Positions 19,977 to 29,406 of a stretch of DNA of 64,000 bases are shown here, piece after piece. Source of the stretch: Candidatus Latescibacterota bacterium. GTDB lineage: Bacteria; Latescibacterota; UBA2968; GCA-2709665. The first letter of the stretch is position 1; each line of letters opens with the position of its first letter. Both the position numbers and the translations under genes were made by a program. The stretch is taken from NCBI GenBank assembly GCA_965248435.1, contig OZ252100.1:4832001-4896000 (forward strand), written 5' to 3'. The notes beneath the pieces were generated by a model. That model saw only the letters and a program-made list of their open reading frames with translations. It was not told where the DNA came from and made no database searches.

Positions 19977-21066
19977 GACCGACAGCACGAACGCGGCGCG
20001 GAACGCGAAGCCTGCCGAGCTCGGGTTTCGCCTGCCGGCCGAATGGGACCCTCACGACGCGACGTGGATCGCCTGGCCCCACAACCGCGGAGACTGGCCG
20101 GGAAGACTGACTCCGGTCAGGTGGGCCTTCGCGGAGATCGCAAGGAAGTTGGCGGCGAGCGAAACGGTTCGGATCCTCGTCAATTCGAAGGCCCACGAAG
20201 TGCAGGCACAGCGGCTCCTCGATCGCGCAGGCGTCCCAGGGTCTCGCATCCAGTTCTTCCGAATTCCGACCGACCGGGCCTGGACGCGCGACTTCGGGCC
20301 GATATTTCTCAGGGAGGATTCAGGAGGTGAACTGGCTGTCGTTCGATTCAAGTTCAACGGATGGGCACGCTACGACGACTGGAGATCGGATGATGCGGTC
20401 GCGGGGCGCGTGGCGCGCAGACTCGGATTCAGGACGTTTTCCGTTACGAGGAAGGGGCGGCGGTTCGTCCTGGAGGGCGGAAGCGTAGATGCGAATGGGG
20501 ACGGGGTCTTTCTGGCCTCGGAGCCGTGTCTTCTGGACAACGGCCGGCAGGTCAGGAATCCGGGCGTGGGACGCGGCGAGGTCGAGTCTGTTCTGGGGGA
20601 TTATCTGGGGGCGAAACAGATCTTGTGGCTGGGAGGCGGGATGCCGGGGGACGATACGAACGGCCACGTGGACAACTTCTGTCGGTTCGTGGGTCCCGAA
20701 AGGGTCGTGCTCTGCGAAGAAGCGAGCGGGAGAGATCCGAACGCTCGGGCGCTCGAGGAGAACAGAGAGCGCCTCGAAGGGCAGCGTTTAAACGGCGGTT
20801 CGAACCTGGATGTTGTGCGTATTCCCGTTCCGTCGCCGCTCACCCTTGGCGATCAACGCCTGCCGGCGAGTTACACCAATTTCTACATCTCGAACGGCCA
20901 CGTTCTTGTGCCCACGTTCAACGATCCGAAAGACAGAATCGCGCTCGGGATCCTATCAGAGCTGTTCAAAGACCGAGAAGTCGTGGGCATACACGCGGTG
21001 GACCTGGTCTGGGGACTCGGGGGAATTCATTGTCTGACACGAGAACAACCTAAAAGCCGTGGATAA
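19930..21066 (+). CDS. aguA: Agmatine deiminase family protein
   Basis: PAEW.PH, W.RDFGP, LEGGS, DDTNGHVD and GGIHCLT motifs. Exact start uncertain. Confidence 0.9.
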   Translation: MRMVESTSATWTIEDETDSTNAARNAKPAELGFRLPAEWDPHDATWIAWPHNRGDWPGRLTPVRWAFAEIARKLAASETVRILVNSKAHEVQAQRLLDRAGVPGSRIQFFRIPTDRAWTRDFGPIFLREDSGGELAVVRFKFNGWARYDDWRSDDAVAGRVARRLGFRTFSVTRKGRRFVLEGGSVDANGDGVFLASEPCLLDNGRQVRNPGVGRGEVESVLGDYLGAKQILWLGGGMPGDDTNGHVDNFCRFVGPERVVLCEEASGRDPNARALEENRERLEGQRLNGGSNLDVVRIPVPSPLTLGDQRLPASYTNFYISNGHVLVPTFNDPKDRIALGILSELFKDREVVGIHAVDLVWGLGGIHCLTREQPKSRG

Positions 21067-21170
21067 AAAATTGAGGATTGCGGAGTGGGGATTACGGATT
21101 GAAATTCGGATGCGGGGAGGGGTGAAGCCAGGGGCGTGACGGTGTTAGACCACGGAGAAAAGATCGCGGA

Positions 21171-21371
21171 TCAATTCAGGCGAATCTCCTCGATCGGACG
21201 GCCGAGGCGCGTCAATCTCGGTTTTTCTTCTTCTTCCTCTTCGTCTTTCTCCACCGGCTTTGGCATGTTTGCTTCAGCGTCGTCCCGGTCGATCTGGTTC
21301 AGTTGCTGAAGTGATAGCCAGGAGCAAAAGAGCCCCGTCACCAACATGCTGCCGGCTGCAACGAACAACAT
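21171..21371 (-). CDS. Small single-TM hypothetical protein
   Basis: AGGAG RBS, hydrophobic N-terminus and acidic tail. Confidence 0.55.
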   Translation of the reverse strand: MLFVAAGSMLVTGLFCSWLSLQQLNQIDRDDAEANMPKPVEKDEEEEEEKPRLTRLGRPIEEIRLN

Positions 21372-21484
21372 ATCCTTACTCCTGTGAGGTGTTTAGGCGT
21401 TGCGTGGTCCTATTAAGACTATCGGCTGTTTTGGGAAAAGCTTGATCGAATTTTCGCCCTCTATAGGAGGAGAAAGATGCTGTT

Positions 21485-22669
21485 TTGTATAGGTTTACGA
21501 GCACACCGACGAACCTGATTCGGGGGGTGTGGCTGGGCAGTCTGTTTGCTGGTTTCCTTTGCAGTGAGGGGCTGGCAGCCCCCAGGCCCGAGGTCACAGA
21601 TCTCGTCCAGCAGATCTCGAGGACCAACCTGGAAACGACGGTCAACCGTCAGATCGCGTTCGAGACGCGGTTTATGGGTTCGGACTCGAACACGGCCGCG
21701 ACGCTGTGGCTGAGGGAGAAGATGGAGGGATTCGGATACACGGACGCCAGGCTGGACAGCTTCAAGGTGAACATCAACCGGACCCTGCTCGGCAAACGGT
21801 TTATCTTGAACGACCTCACGCAGTGGAACGTCGTAGCGACAAAGCCGGGACTGCTCTACCCGGACCGGCAGATCGTTGTCGGCGGTCACTTCGACTCCAT
21901 CTCGCTGGACCGGGTCCAGGGCGATCAGGATTTCGCGCCCGGCGCCGACGACAACGCTTCGGGGGTCTCCGCGGTCCTGGAGATCGCGCGGCTGATCCAG
22001 GACGTGGACCTCGATGTGACGGTCGTGTTCGCGTTTTGGGGAGCGGAAGAACTGGGGCTGATCGGGAGCCGGCACTACGCCAATGCGGCACGGGATCGGG
22101 AGGACGAGATTCTGCTCATGCTCCAGTTGGATGTGATCGGAACCCGATCCACCACCTTTCCGGAGGCCTTCACGATCGATACGGTCAGTCGCTACCTCGC
22201 AGAGGGTGAGGTCGTGGCCGAGGCCGCGAGGGACTACACGTCGATCCGTGCGCGCCGCAGTACTGGCGAGGGGGTGTCGATATCTGCCTCGGGCTGTCGA
22301 TGTTCCGACCATCAGTCCTTCATCGATACCGGCTTCCCCGGAGTGGGCGTGTTTCAGCACATTCAGAATCCTGCGCCGCACATCAACATGAGCACGGATA
22401 CTTTGGACAAGGTCGATTTCTCCCTGGTTGAGGAGGTGTCCAAGGCCTCTCTGGCAGCGGTCTTGGAGGCCGCCGGATTTCCGGCAAGAACGCCTGACTT
22501 CGACGGGGACGGGGAGGTGGGGTTTCTGGATTTCGTAGCGTTCGCAAACATGTTCGACGTGCTCGTCGTGGGGGATGAAGAGGTCCGGTTCGATCTGGAC
22601 AGGGACGGATTCGTGGGATTTTCAGACTTTACGCTGTTCGCGCTGAATTTTGGACGCAGGCTGAAGTAG
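21485..22669 (+). CDS. Secreted M28 metallopeptidase with C-terminal EF-hand/dockerin-like module
   Basis: GGHFDS, PGADDNASG, AEELGLIGS and SDH motifs. Tail DFDGDGEVGFLDF...FDLDRDGFVGFSDF. Confidence 0.88.
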   Translation: MYRFTSTPTNLIRGVWLGSLFAGFLCSEGLAAPRPEVTDLVQQISRTNLETTVNRQIAFETRFMGSDSNTAATLWLREKMEGFGYTDARLDSFKVNINRTLLGKRFILNDLTQWNVVATKPGLLYPDRQIVVGGHFDSISLDRVQGDQDFAPGADDNASGVSAVLEIARLIQDVDLDVTVVFAFWGAEELGLIGSRHYANAARDREDEILLMLQLDVIGTRSTTFPEAFTIDTVSRYLAEGEVVAEAARDYTSIRARRSTGEGVSISASGCRCSDHQSFIDTGFPGVGVFQHIQNPAPHINMSTDTLDKVDFSLVEEVSKASLAAVLEAAGFPARTPDFDGDGEVGFLDFVAFANMFDVLVVGDEEVRFDLDRDGFVGFSDFTLFALNFGRRLK

Positions 22670-22733
22670 GTCAGCGAATCGGGAGGGCATTCGTATCCTG
22701 GACATTCTTCGGAAATATTTTCGATTTCAAGAG

Positions 22734-24011
22734 TTGGGAACAGACTTCCGAAGAGAGGTGGTCGGCGGGCTCACGACGTTTGTGACGATGGCCTACATCG
22801 TGGCCGTAAACCCGGCCATTCTGTCCGATGCGCTCGGGCGGGAGCTCTTTCCGGAGCTCCTTTTCGCGACGTGTGTCTCGGCAGCCATCGCAACGTTGAT
22901 CATGGGGATCGGAGCCAACTATCCCTTTGCCCTCGCCCCCGGGATGGGATTGAACACCTTTTTTGCTTACACGGTCGTTCTGGGGAAGGGTGTTCATTCC
23001 GACCTGGCTCTGGGGGTCGTGCTTGCATCCGGGGTGATCTTTACCCTGCTCTCCCTGGCGAAGATCAGGGAGGCCATCATCAACGCGATTCCGGACGTGC
23101 TCAAGCAGGCGACGGCGGGCGGGATCGGGCTGTTCATCGCCTTTATCGGATTAAAGAACGCGGGGATCGTGATAGATGATCCGGAAACGCTCGTTACCCT
23201 CGGCGACACACGAAGCGGCGCGGTGGGGCTGTCGCTGCTGGGGATTGTCGGAATCGGCGTGCTTCTGGTCCGCGGATTCAGAGGGTCGATACTGATCGGC
23301 GTACTCGGCGTCACCCTGCTGGGCATGGTCGTTGGCGCATCGCCCACGCCCGATCGAATCTTCAGCCTGCCTGCCTGGCCGGAACGGCTGTTCGGCGTCG
23401 CGGTCTTGAATTTCACGGCTGCGTTCGATATAGCCCTGATCGGCTTCGTCTTCGCCTTTCTCTTCGTGGATCTGTTCGACACGATGGGAACGCTGGTGGG
23501 GCTATCGGAGCGAACGGGCTTTCTCGACGAACAGGGCCGTCTGCCCCGGGCGAACCGTGCGCTTCTCGCTGATTCCTTCGGGACGATGGTGGGGGCTGTC
23601 TTCGGGACCTCCACCGTCACGACCTACATCGAGAGCGCCGCAGGCACATCCGTGGGCGCGCGCACCGGGTTTGCGAGTGTTGTGACCGGGATGCTTTTTC
23701 TTCTCGGCCTCTTTGTTACCCCTCTCGTCGCGTCGATTCCTGCCTTCGCGACCGCGCCCGCGCTGATCGTCGTCGGGGTATCGATGATGGCCTCCGTAGT
23801 CCGGATCCGGTGGAGCGACGTTTCAGACGCGCTCCCCGCCTTCTTGACGATTATCGCCATGCCGTTGACGTTCAGCATCGCAAATGGCGTGGCTCTCGGA
23901 CTGGTCACCTACCCGATCGTCAAGCGGGTAGGGGGCCGGGGTAAAGACGTGCATCCGCTCGTTGACCTGCTCGCGGTCGTGTTTATCGCCAGATATCTCT
24001 TTATGGATTAG
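22734..24011 (+). CDS. NCS2/AzgA-family purine permease
   Basis: REVVGGLTTFVTMAYI, LAPGMGLN, DLFDTMGT and TTYIESAAG. True start may be slightly upstream. Confidence 0.92.
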   Translation: MGTDFRREVVGGLTTFVTMAYIVAVNPAILSDALGRELFPELLFATCVSAAIATLIMGIGANYPFALAPGMGLNTFFAYTVVLGKGVHSDLALGVVLASGVIFTLLSLAKIREAIINAIPDVLKQATAGGIGLFIAFIGLKNAGIVIDDPETLVTLGDTRSGAVGLSLLGIVGIGVLLVRGFRGSILIGVLGVTLLGMVVGASPTPDRIFSLPAWPERLFGVAVLNFTAAFDIALIGFVFAFLFVDLFDTMGTLVGLSERTGFLDEQGRLPRANRALLADSFGTMVGAVFGTSTVTTYIESAAGTSVGARTGFASVVTGMLFLLGLFVTPLVASIPAFATAPALIVVGVSMMASVVRIRWSDVSDALPAFLTIIAMPLTFSIANGVALGLVTYPIVKRVGGRGKDVHPLVDLLAVVFIARYLFMD

Positions 24012-24051
24012 ATGACAGTCCCAGAGGAGGGTTATAGCCAAATTTATGTTG

Positions 24052-24190
24052 TTGACATTGCCAGATTTTGCATCGTAGTTTTGTGGAAGATACGAGGGCG
24101 CCATTGCCATCTCCCCCGGTGAGCCCGTGTCAGTACATATCCTTATGATCAAAACGACCGCATCCGGGAAGGTGCGGTTTTTTTCTTTTG
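24052..24190 (+). ncRNA. Candidate sRNA or attenuating 5' leader
   Basis: TTGACA-18-TAGTTT promoter, a stem-loop, then an intrinsic terminator (ACCGCATC..GGTGCGGT-T run) before the kinase start. Confidence 0.4.
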
Positions 24191-24259
24191 TGAGGAAGAC
24201 GAGAAATGCTTAGCAGCTGAAACCGTCCGCGGTTTTGATCAGAACTGGAGGACAATGCA

Positions 24260-27200
24260 ATGTCGGGGATGCAGAGAACTTTCATTGTCGGCGGCACCTC
24301 GTTGACCGCGGCGATCTTCGCCGTGGACATCTTGCTGCCGTCGGGATTTGCGACCAACCTTCTATACACCCTGCTTGTGCTTGTCGGGTGGCTGGCGCCG
24401 TGGCCAGGCACGATCTTCATCATGGCCGCGGCAGCAACGGTGCTCAGTCTGGTGGGTAGCATCAGCGCTCCGGAAGCTGGGGAGGCCTGGGTGGCGGTCT
24501 TTAACCAATCCCTCCAGATTTCTGTGATCTGGGCAGTCGCCATCTTCTGTTTCCAGCGGAAACGTGCTGAAGCCGAGTGGCGGGGCGTCCAGGACGAGTT
24601 GGAACGCTGGACGTCCGACGCGTCTGGAGATCTCGAGACAGCGTCCGAAAAACTTCGCCCTGAAGGTAGTGGGCGCACACCTGCCGAGGAGATCCTTCAG
24701 GAAAGCGAGGCGCGTTTTCGCGAGCTTACCGAGCACATGCAGGAGGTGTTCTGGATCGCGAACGCGGATGGGGAGCAGATCATTTACGTCAGCCCAGCGT
24801 ACGAGGAAGTTTGGAGAAGGTCGCGCAAGTCCGTCTACGAGGACCCCAGAAACTGGCTCAAGGTGGTCCATCCAGAGGATCGCGGCCGGGTGCGCAAAGC
24901 CTTCTATTCCAGGGTCCCAGAGCTGGAGTTCGAAGAAGAATATAGGATTCTACGTCCGGGCAATTTCGTTAGATGGATTCGGCACCGCGGTTTCCCCATT
25001 CGAAATAATAAGGGAGAGATCTACAGGGTTGCCGGGATCGCGGAGGACATTACCGACCGCAAGCTGGCGGAGCTGGCGCTGCTCGAGGCGCGCGACGAGC
25101 TGGATCTGAGAGTACGCGAACGTACAAGCGAATTGAGGGCAGCCGTCGAGCAACTTCTGGAGGAAATCGAAGAGCGCAAACAGGCCGAGCTCGCCAGGCG
25201 AACGAGCGAGGCGAGGTACCGCACCCTCTTTGAGGAATCAAGAGATGCCATCTATATCACTACGCGCGAGGGTCGGTTTATCGCTGTCAATCAAGCACAG
25301 CTGGATCTTTTCGGGTATACCAGGGAAGGGATGCTCGATCTCGATGTGGCGGAGAGTTACGCTGATCCCGAGGATCGGGTCAAATTCCAAAGGGAGATTG
25401 AGCTTCACGGCTCGGTAAAGGACTACGAAGTCAAAATGCTCAGAAAAGATGGCACGGTGATCGACGCGCTTCTGACCGGCACAGTGAGGCGGGACAGCGA
25501 AGGCGGCGTTCTGGGATACCAGGGCATCATTCGGGATGTCTCTGAGCTCAAGCGCTCGCTGGAGGCACTGCGCGAGAGTGAAGAGCGATACCGGGGTCTT
25601 TTCGAGGAGTCCAGAGATCCGATCACGATGGCGACCCGGGATGCGCGGTTTGTCGACGTCAACCGCGCGGCCCTGGATCTCTTTGGATACACTGAAGAGG
25701 AAATGCTCGGGCTGAGTAGCGTAGAGCTATACGCGAACCCCGAGGATCGCAGGCTGTTTCAACAGGAAATTGAACGGCAGGGCTTTGTGAAAGACCATGA
25801 AGTGACATTGCAAAAGAAGGATGGAACAGAGATAGCCTGCCTGTTCTCGGCAACCGTACGTCGGGGAATGGACGGGAGCATTCTGGGATATCAAGGCATC
25901 ATCAGCGACATAACCGAACGCGGGCGAGTCGAAAATTCGCTCAGGGAGTCTGAGGAGAAGTATAGATCGCTCGTAGAGCAGGCCCTCGATGGCATCTATC
26001 TTATTCAGGATGAACGCTATAAATTCGGCAACCAGACCTACCTGGATATGCTGGGTTACACTCGACAGGAGCTCTTGGACCTCGATCCCTGGGATGTTGT
26101 CGCTCCTGAAAGCACGGAACGCGTTCGAGAAAGGATTCAGAGACGGGAACAGGGCGAGGTTCTACCGGGAACGTCAGAAATGAAATTCGTGAGAAAGGAT
26201 GGAAGCCTGTTTGACGTGGAGGCGAACGTAAAGGAGATCACCTACGAGGGACGTCGCGCGATGCAGGGCTGCGTGAGAGACATCAGCGAGCGCAAGCGGG
26301 CGGAGAAGGAGATGGTGAAGTTGGAGCGCCTTCGCGCGCTGGGTGAGATGGCTGCAGGTGTCAGTCACAATCTGAACAACATCCTGATGGGGATCCTGGG
26401 GCCTTGCGAGATCCTTCAGCTGCTGGATCTCGAGCCTGAGATCCTGAAGGAGACGCAGACGATCCACAGGTCGGGGATGCGCGCCCGGGAGCTCGTGAAG
26501 CGACTCAGCCAGGCCGTTCGAAGCGGAGACGAGACCCAGACGGAGCCCACGCACATTGGCAAGATGGTTGAAGATGCGATTCAATCGACGAGGCCGAAGT
26601 GGAAGGACGAGGCTGAAGCCAGGGGAATCTCGATCGAAGTTACGACGGATTTGAAGGATATGTCACCCGTTAATGCCACGCAGTTCGAATTGCACGACAT
26701 TCTGATAAACTTGCTGTTGAATGCAGTTGATGCCATGCCCGAAGGGGGAAGGATTACGCTCCAGACCAGGGTGGTTTCACAAGGTGTCCAACTGAAGGTG
26801 ATAGACACGGGCACGGGCATGGATGATGAGACACGCAAGCGGGTGTTCGAGCCGTTCTTCACGACCAAAACGGACGTTGGGACAGGACTGGGACTGTCCA
26901 CGGTCTACAACTCGGTAAGGAGGTGGGGGGGAAGCATAGATGTAGACAGTTCCCCCGGAAAGGGTACTGCCTTTACGATTCGACTTCCTGCGTGGAAAGG
27001 TCCGATAGAAAGTGACTTTGTTCGATCGAGCATCGCAAAGGCGGACCCGGGAAGGCTTCTGGTCGTCGAGGACGACGAGATGGTTCGGGACTTTCTCTCC
27101 GGTCTGTTGTCCGAGGAGCACGATGTCGAGGCGGTTCCTAGCGGCCTCGAGGCGTTGAACAGATTTCGGGCCGGAGACTTCGATGTCGTGCTGGTCGACC

Positions 27201-27442
27201 TCAGTCTGCCAGAGATGTCCGGGGATGAGCTGGCTCAGAGGATTCGATTGGAAGATCCATTGATCACCACTTTATTGATAACCGGGTGGGAGATCGATGA
27301 GGTTAAATCAAGGACGGCGGACTTTGATTTCACACTCCAGAAACCGCTGACACCTCTCGTCAAGGTCAAGGACGTCGTGGCGCGTGCCATCGAGCTTCGT
27401 CGAGAAAGGGTAAAAGCCAATGGAGTGCAGTTGAAGAGGTAA
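24260..27442 (+). CDS. Membrane hybrid histidine kinase (4 PAS + HisKA + HATPase + REC)
   Basis: N-terminal TMs, four PAS repeats, 'GVSHNLNN' H-box, N/G1/F/G2 boxes, and VVEDD...LVD receiver. Confidence 0.93.
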   Translation: MSGMQRTFIVGGTSLTAAIFAVDILLPSGFATNLLYTLLVLVGWLAPWPGTIFIMAAAATVLSLVGSISAPEAGEAWVAVFNQSLQISVIWAVAIFCFQRKRAEAEWRGVQDELERWTSDASGDLETASEKLRPEGSGRTPAEEILQESEARFRELTEHMQEVFWIANADGEQIIYVSPAYEEVWRRSRKSVYEDPRNWLKVVHPEDRGRVRKAFYSRVPELEFEEEYRILRPGNFVRWIRHRGFPIRNNKGEIYRVAGIAEDITDRKLAELALLEARDELDLRVRERTSELRAAVEQLLEEIEERKQAELARRTSEARYRTLFEESRDAIYITTREGRFIAVNQAQLDLFGYTREGMLDLDVAESYADPEDRVKFQREIELHGSVKDYEVKMLRKDGTVIDALLTGTVRRDSEGGVLGYQGIIRDVSELKRSLEALRESEERYRGLFEESRDPITMATRDARFVDVNRAALDLFGYTEEEMLGLSSVELYANPEDRRLFQQEIERQGFVKDHEVTLQKKDGTEIACLFSATVRRGMDGSILGYQGIISDITERGRVENSLRESEEKYRSLVEQALDGIYLIQDERYKFGNQTYLDMLGYTRQELLDLDPWDVVAPESTERVRERIQRREQGEVLPGTSEMKFVRKDGSLFDVEANVKEITYEGRRAMQGCVRDISERKRAEKEMVKLERLRALGEMAAGVSHNLNNILMGILGPCEILQLLDLEPEILKETQTIHRSGMRARELVKRLSQAVRSGDETQTEPTHIGKMVEDAIQSTRPKWKDEAEARGISIEVTTDLKDMSPVNATQFELHDILINLLLNAVDAMPEGGRITLQTRVVSQGVQLKVIDTGTGMDDETRKRVFEPFFTTKTDVGTGLGLSTVYNSVRRWGGSIDVDSSPGKGTAFTIRLPAWKGPIESDFVRSSIAKADPGRLLVVEDDEMVRDFLSGLLSEEHDVEAVPSGLEALNRFRAGDFDVVLVDLSLPEMSGDELAQRIRLEDPLITTLLITGWEIDEVKSRTADFDFTLQKPLTPLVKVKDVVARAIELRRERVKANGVQLKR

Positions 27443-27491
27443 GGCGGCATAAACGACCTTGGCGACGTCAACATCGTCGAGATTACGCCAC

Positions 27492-27528
27492 AAAAAAAAC
27501 CCGCCGGATGGCCATCCGGCGGGTTTTG
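27492..27528. terminator. Bidirectional terminator
   Basis: A8-CCCGCCGGATG/CATCCGGCGGG-TTTT between convergent genes. Confidence 0.85.
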
Positions 27529-27724
27529 CATTCACACAAGGCGATTAGCAATTTAACCTACCCCGCCCCACCAGGGCACCCCGGAACATCGTCTGGTTCG
27601 ATTATTAGAATGCCCTCCTTGGGGAAGATCTAGGGGTGGGTTTGATGGGCAGAAACCCTATTGTGACCCACCCCGACCCGGGAGGGGATTTTTGGCCCAA
27701 TACCAATATTCGACGAAATACGCT

Positions 27725-29401
27725 CTATTCTGCGATCCTGATGTCGACTTCGAACGCGCTGACAGGCACCCCGATACCCCAGATCTCCAAGACTTCCGGA
27801 TGGATTTCGCCGATGATGCCGTAAGGCGTTCCCGCTTTGCATATTTCGCCGGCGCGCCCCGGGAGAAAACTCGGGTGATCGATGGCGTTGAGGGAATAAT
27901 CCACGCGCAGGAAGTAGGCGAGGGCCTCGAGGTGACTCTGGATGCCGGAGAGGTTGGCCTCTGAGCTCGCCTCGACGGCTGCCAGGCGGACCTGAGTGAG
28001 GCATCCGTAGTCCTCTTCCGGCGCGATGACGGCGACTTCGCCGACCTCGAAGATACGGTGCGGATAGATCGCGCGTCGGCTCACGCTCTCGACGCGAAGC
28101 ATGCCCGGGAGCAGAGAGTTCCTCACTGCGCTATAGGAGTCCGACATCGGATTCTCGATCTCGACGACGGCTTCATCCGGGTTCCGCAGTCTCGTGGTCA
28201 AGTCATCCCGGGCGCAGAGGATCGGAAGGAAGAGCTCCTGGAAGCCGCAGCCGACCATCAATTCCCGAATCCGGTCGGAGAGGTCCTCCTGCGGCGCAGC
28301 CTTGCCGATCGTGAAATCCTGCAGAGGCTCCGGGCCGATGGTGTCATAGCCCACGGCGACGGCGACATCTTCGATCAGGTCAACGGGATGCAGGATGTCG
28401 TCCCGGTAGGGGGCCGGCCGGGCCCGGATCACTTTCTGCTCCACGACAACATCCTGGTAACCCATCGCGTTCAGGGCGTCCTCAATCTTGTCGGCGCCCA
28501 ATTCGATGCCCAAGACCTTTCGGACTTCCTCCATGGCGACCTGGATTGGCTCCGTCAGGTCGAACGGGCTTTGAATCTCTCGTCCACGAGGCGTGTCGTA
28601 AGGATAAGTGACTCTTACGGGATGGATTCTACCTCCCCGGTCTGCCATGTTGACGGCCATTATCGTGCAGCTCAGCAGGACGGCATCGAGCACGGTTCCG
28701 GTCGCCTCACAAAGCAGGAACGAGTCACACGCCTGGACTCGCCCGAGCGTCTGGCTGTTGATGATCGGCGGCATGGAGAGGACCTCGCCCCCCGAGTCCC
28801 GAAGCAGCGGAAACTTCTCAAGACCTTCCAGGAGGTGCGCGTAGGTCCTGCCCGTAGGGTGTTCTCTGAGGATCTGGTTCAGATCCATTTCCACTTCGGT
28901 TTCGAGGGGGATGAACCGTGTGGAAGCCGGATCGACAGCTTCGTAGTGCACCGGGAAGACGATCCCGGAGGCGTCGTAGATCCCGATGGCAACCGTCTGG
29001 CGGCCGCGACCGTAGTTGTCGGTCAATCTTTCCTGCGCCTCGATGAGCTGTTCCAGGGCCGCATCGTTGATCTGGATGTCCTGGCAGACGAATGCGGCCA
29101 CGTAGGGGCGTATCGATTCGATGTTGCCATCTACCCGAATTTCGCGATCGGTAGAGGTCGCTTCAAAGAACGCGTAAGTGTCGTGACGTCCCAGCCGGTA
29201 TCCACGAAGCAGCCTGGCGATCCCTTCCGAGGACCAGAGGTCCGGTCGGTTCGTATCTTTGAGCTGAATCCGGAGCCGGTCTTCGTCCTCCGGCGATACT
29301 TCTGCCTTGGCGACCTCGAGTGCGGATGCAAGGGCACTCAGATCGTAGGTCTGTCCGGCGAGGGTTTCCAGGTCCTGTTTGACGACGCTGATCGTTGGCA
29401 T
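27725..29401 (-). CDS. pheT: Phenylalanyl-tRNA synthetase beta subunit, archaeal/eukaryal (short) type
   Basis: MPTISV start, NRPDLWSSEGIAR, SMPPIINS and RDDILHPVDLIED. About 558 aa, with no OB-fold or FDX-ACB domain. Confidence 0.92.
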   Translation of the reverse strand: MPTISVVKQDLETLAGQTYDLSALASALEVAKAEVSPEDEDRLRIQLKDTNRPDLWSSEGIARLLRGYRLGRHDTYAFFEATSTDREIRVDGNIESIRPYVAAFVCQDIQINDAALEQLIEAQERLTDNYGRGRQTVAIGIYDASGIVFPVHYEAVDPASTRFIPLETEVEMDLNQILREHPTGRTYAHLLEGLEKFPLLRDSGGEVLSMPPIINSQTLGRVQACDSFLLCEATGTVLDAVLLSCTIMAVNMADRGGRIHPVRVTYPYDTPRGREIQSPFDLTEPIQVAMEEVRKVLGIELGADKIEDALNAMGYQDVVVEQKVIRARPAPYRDDILHPVDLIEDVAVAVGYDTIGPEPLQDFTIGKAAPQEDLSDRIRELMVGCGFQELFLPILCARDDLTTRLRNPDEAVVEIENPMSDSYSAVRNSLLPGMLRVESVSRRAIYPHRIFEVGEVAVIAPEEDYGCLTQVRLAAVEASSEANLSGIQSHLEALAYFLRVDYSLNAIDHPSFLPGRAGEICKAGTPYGIIGEIHPEVLEIWGIGVPVSAFEVDIRIAE

Positions 29402-29406
29402 TTCGC

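Noticed and set aside
27555-27690. Structured RNA between the kinase and pheT
   Set aside because: It looks like a decayed G/C-run palindromic repeat, with no promoter or RNA family features.
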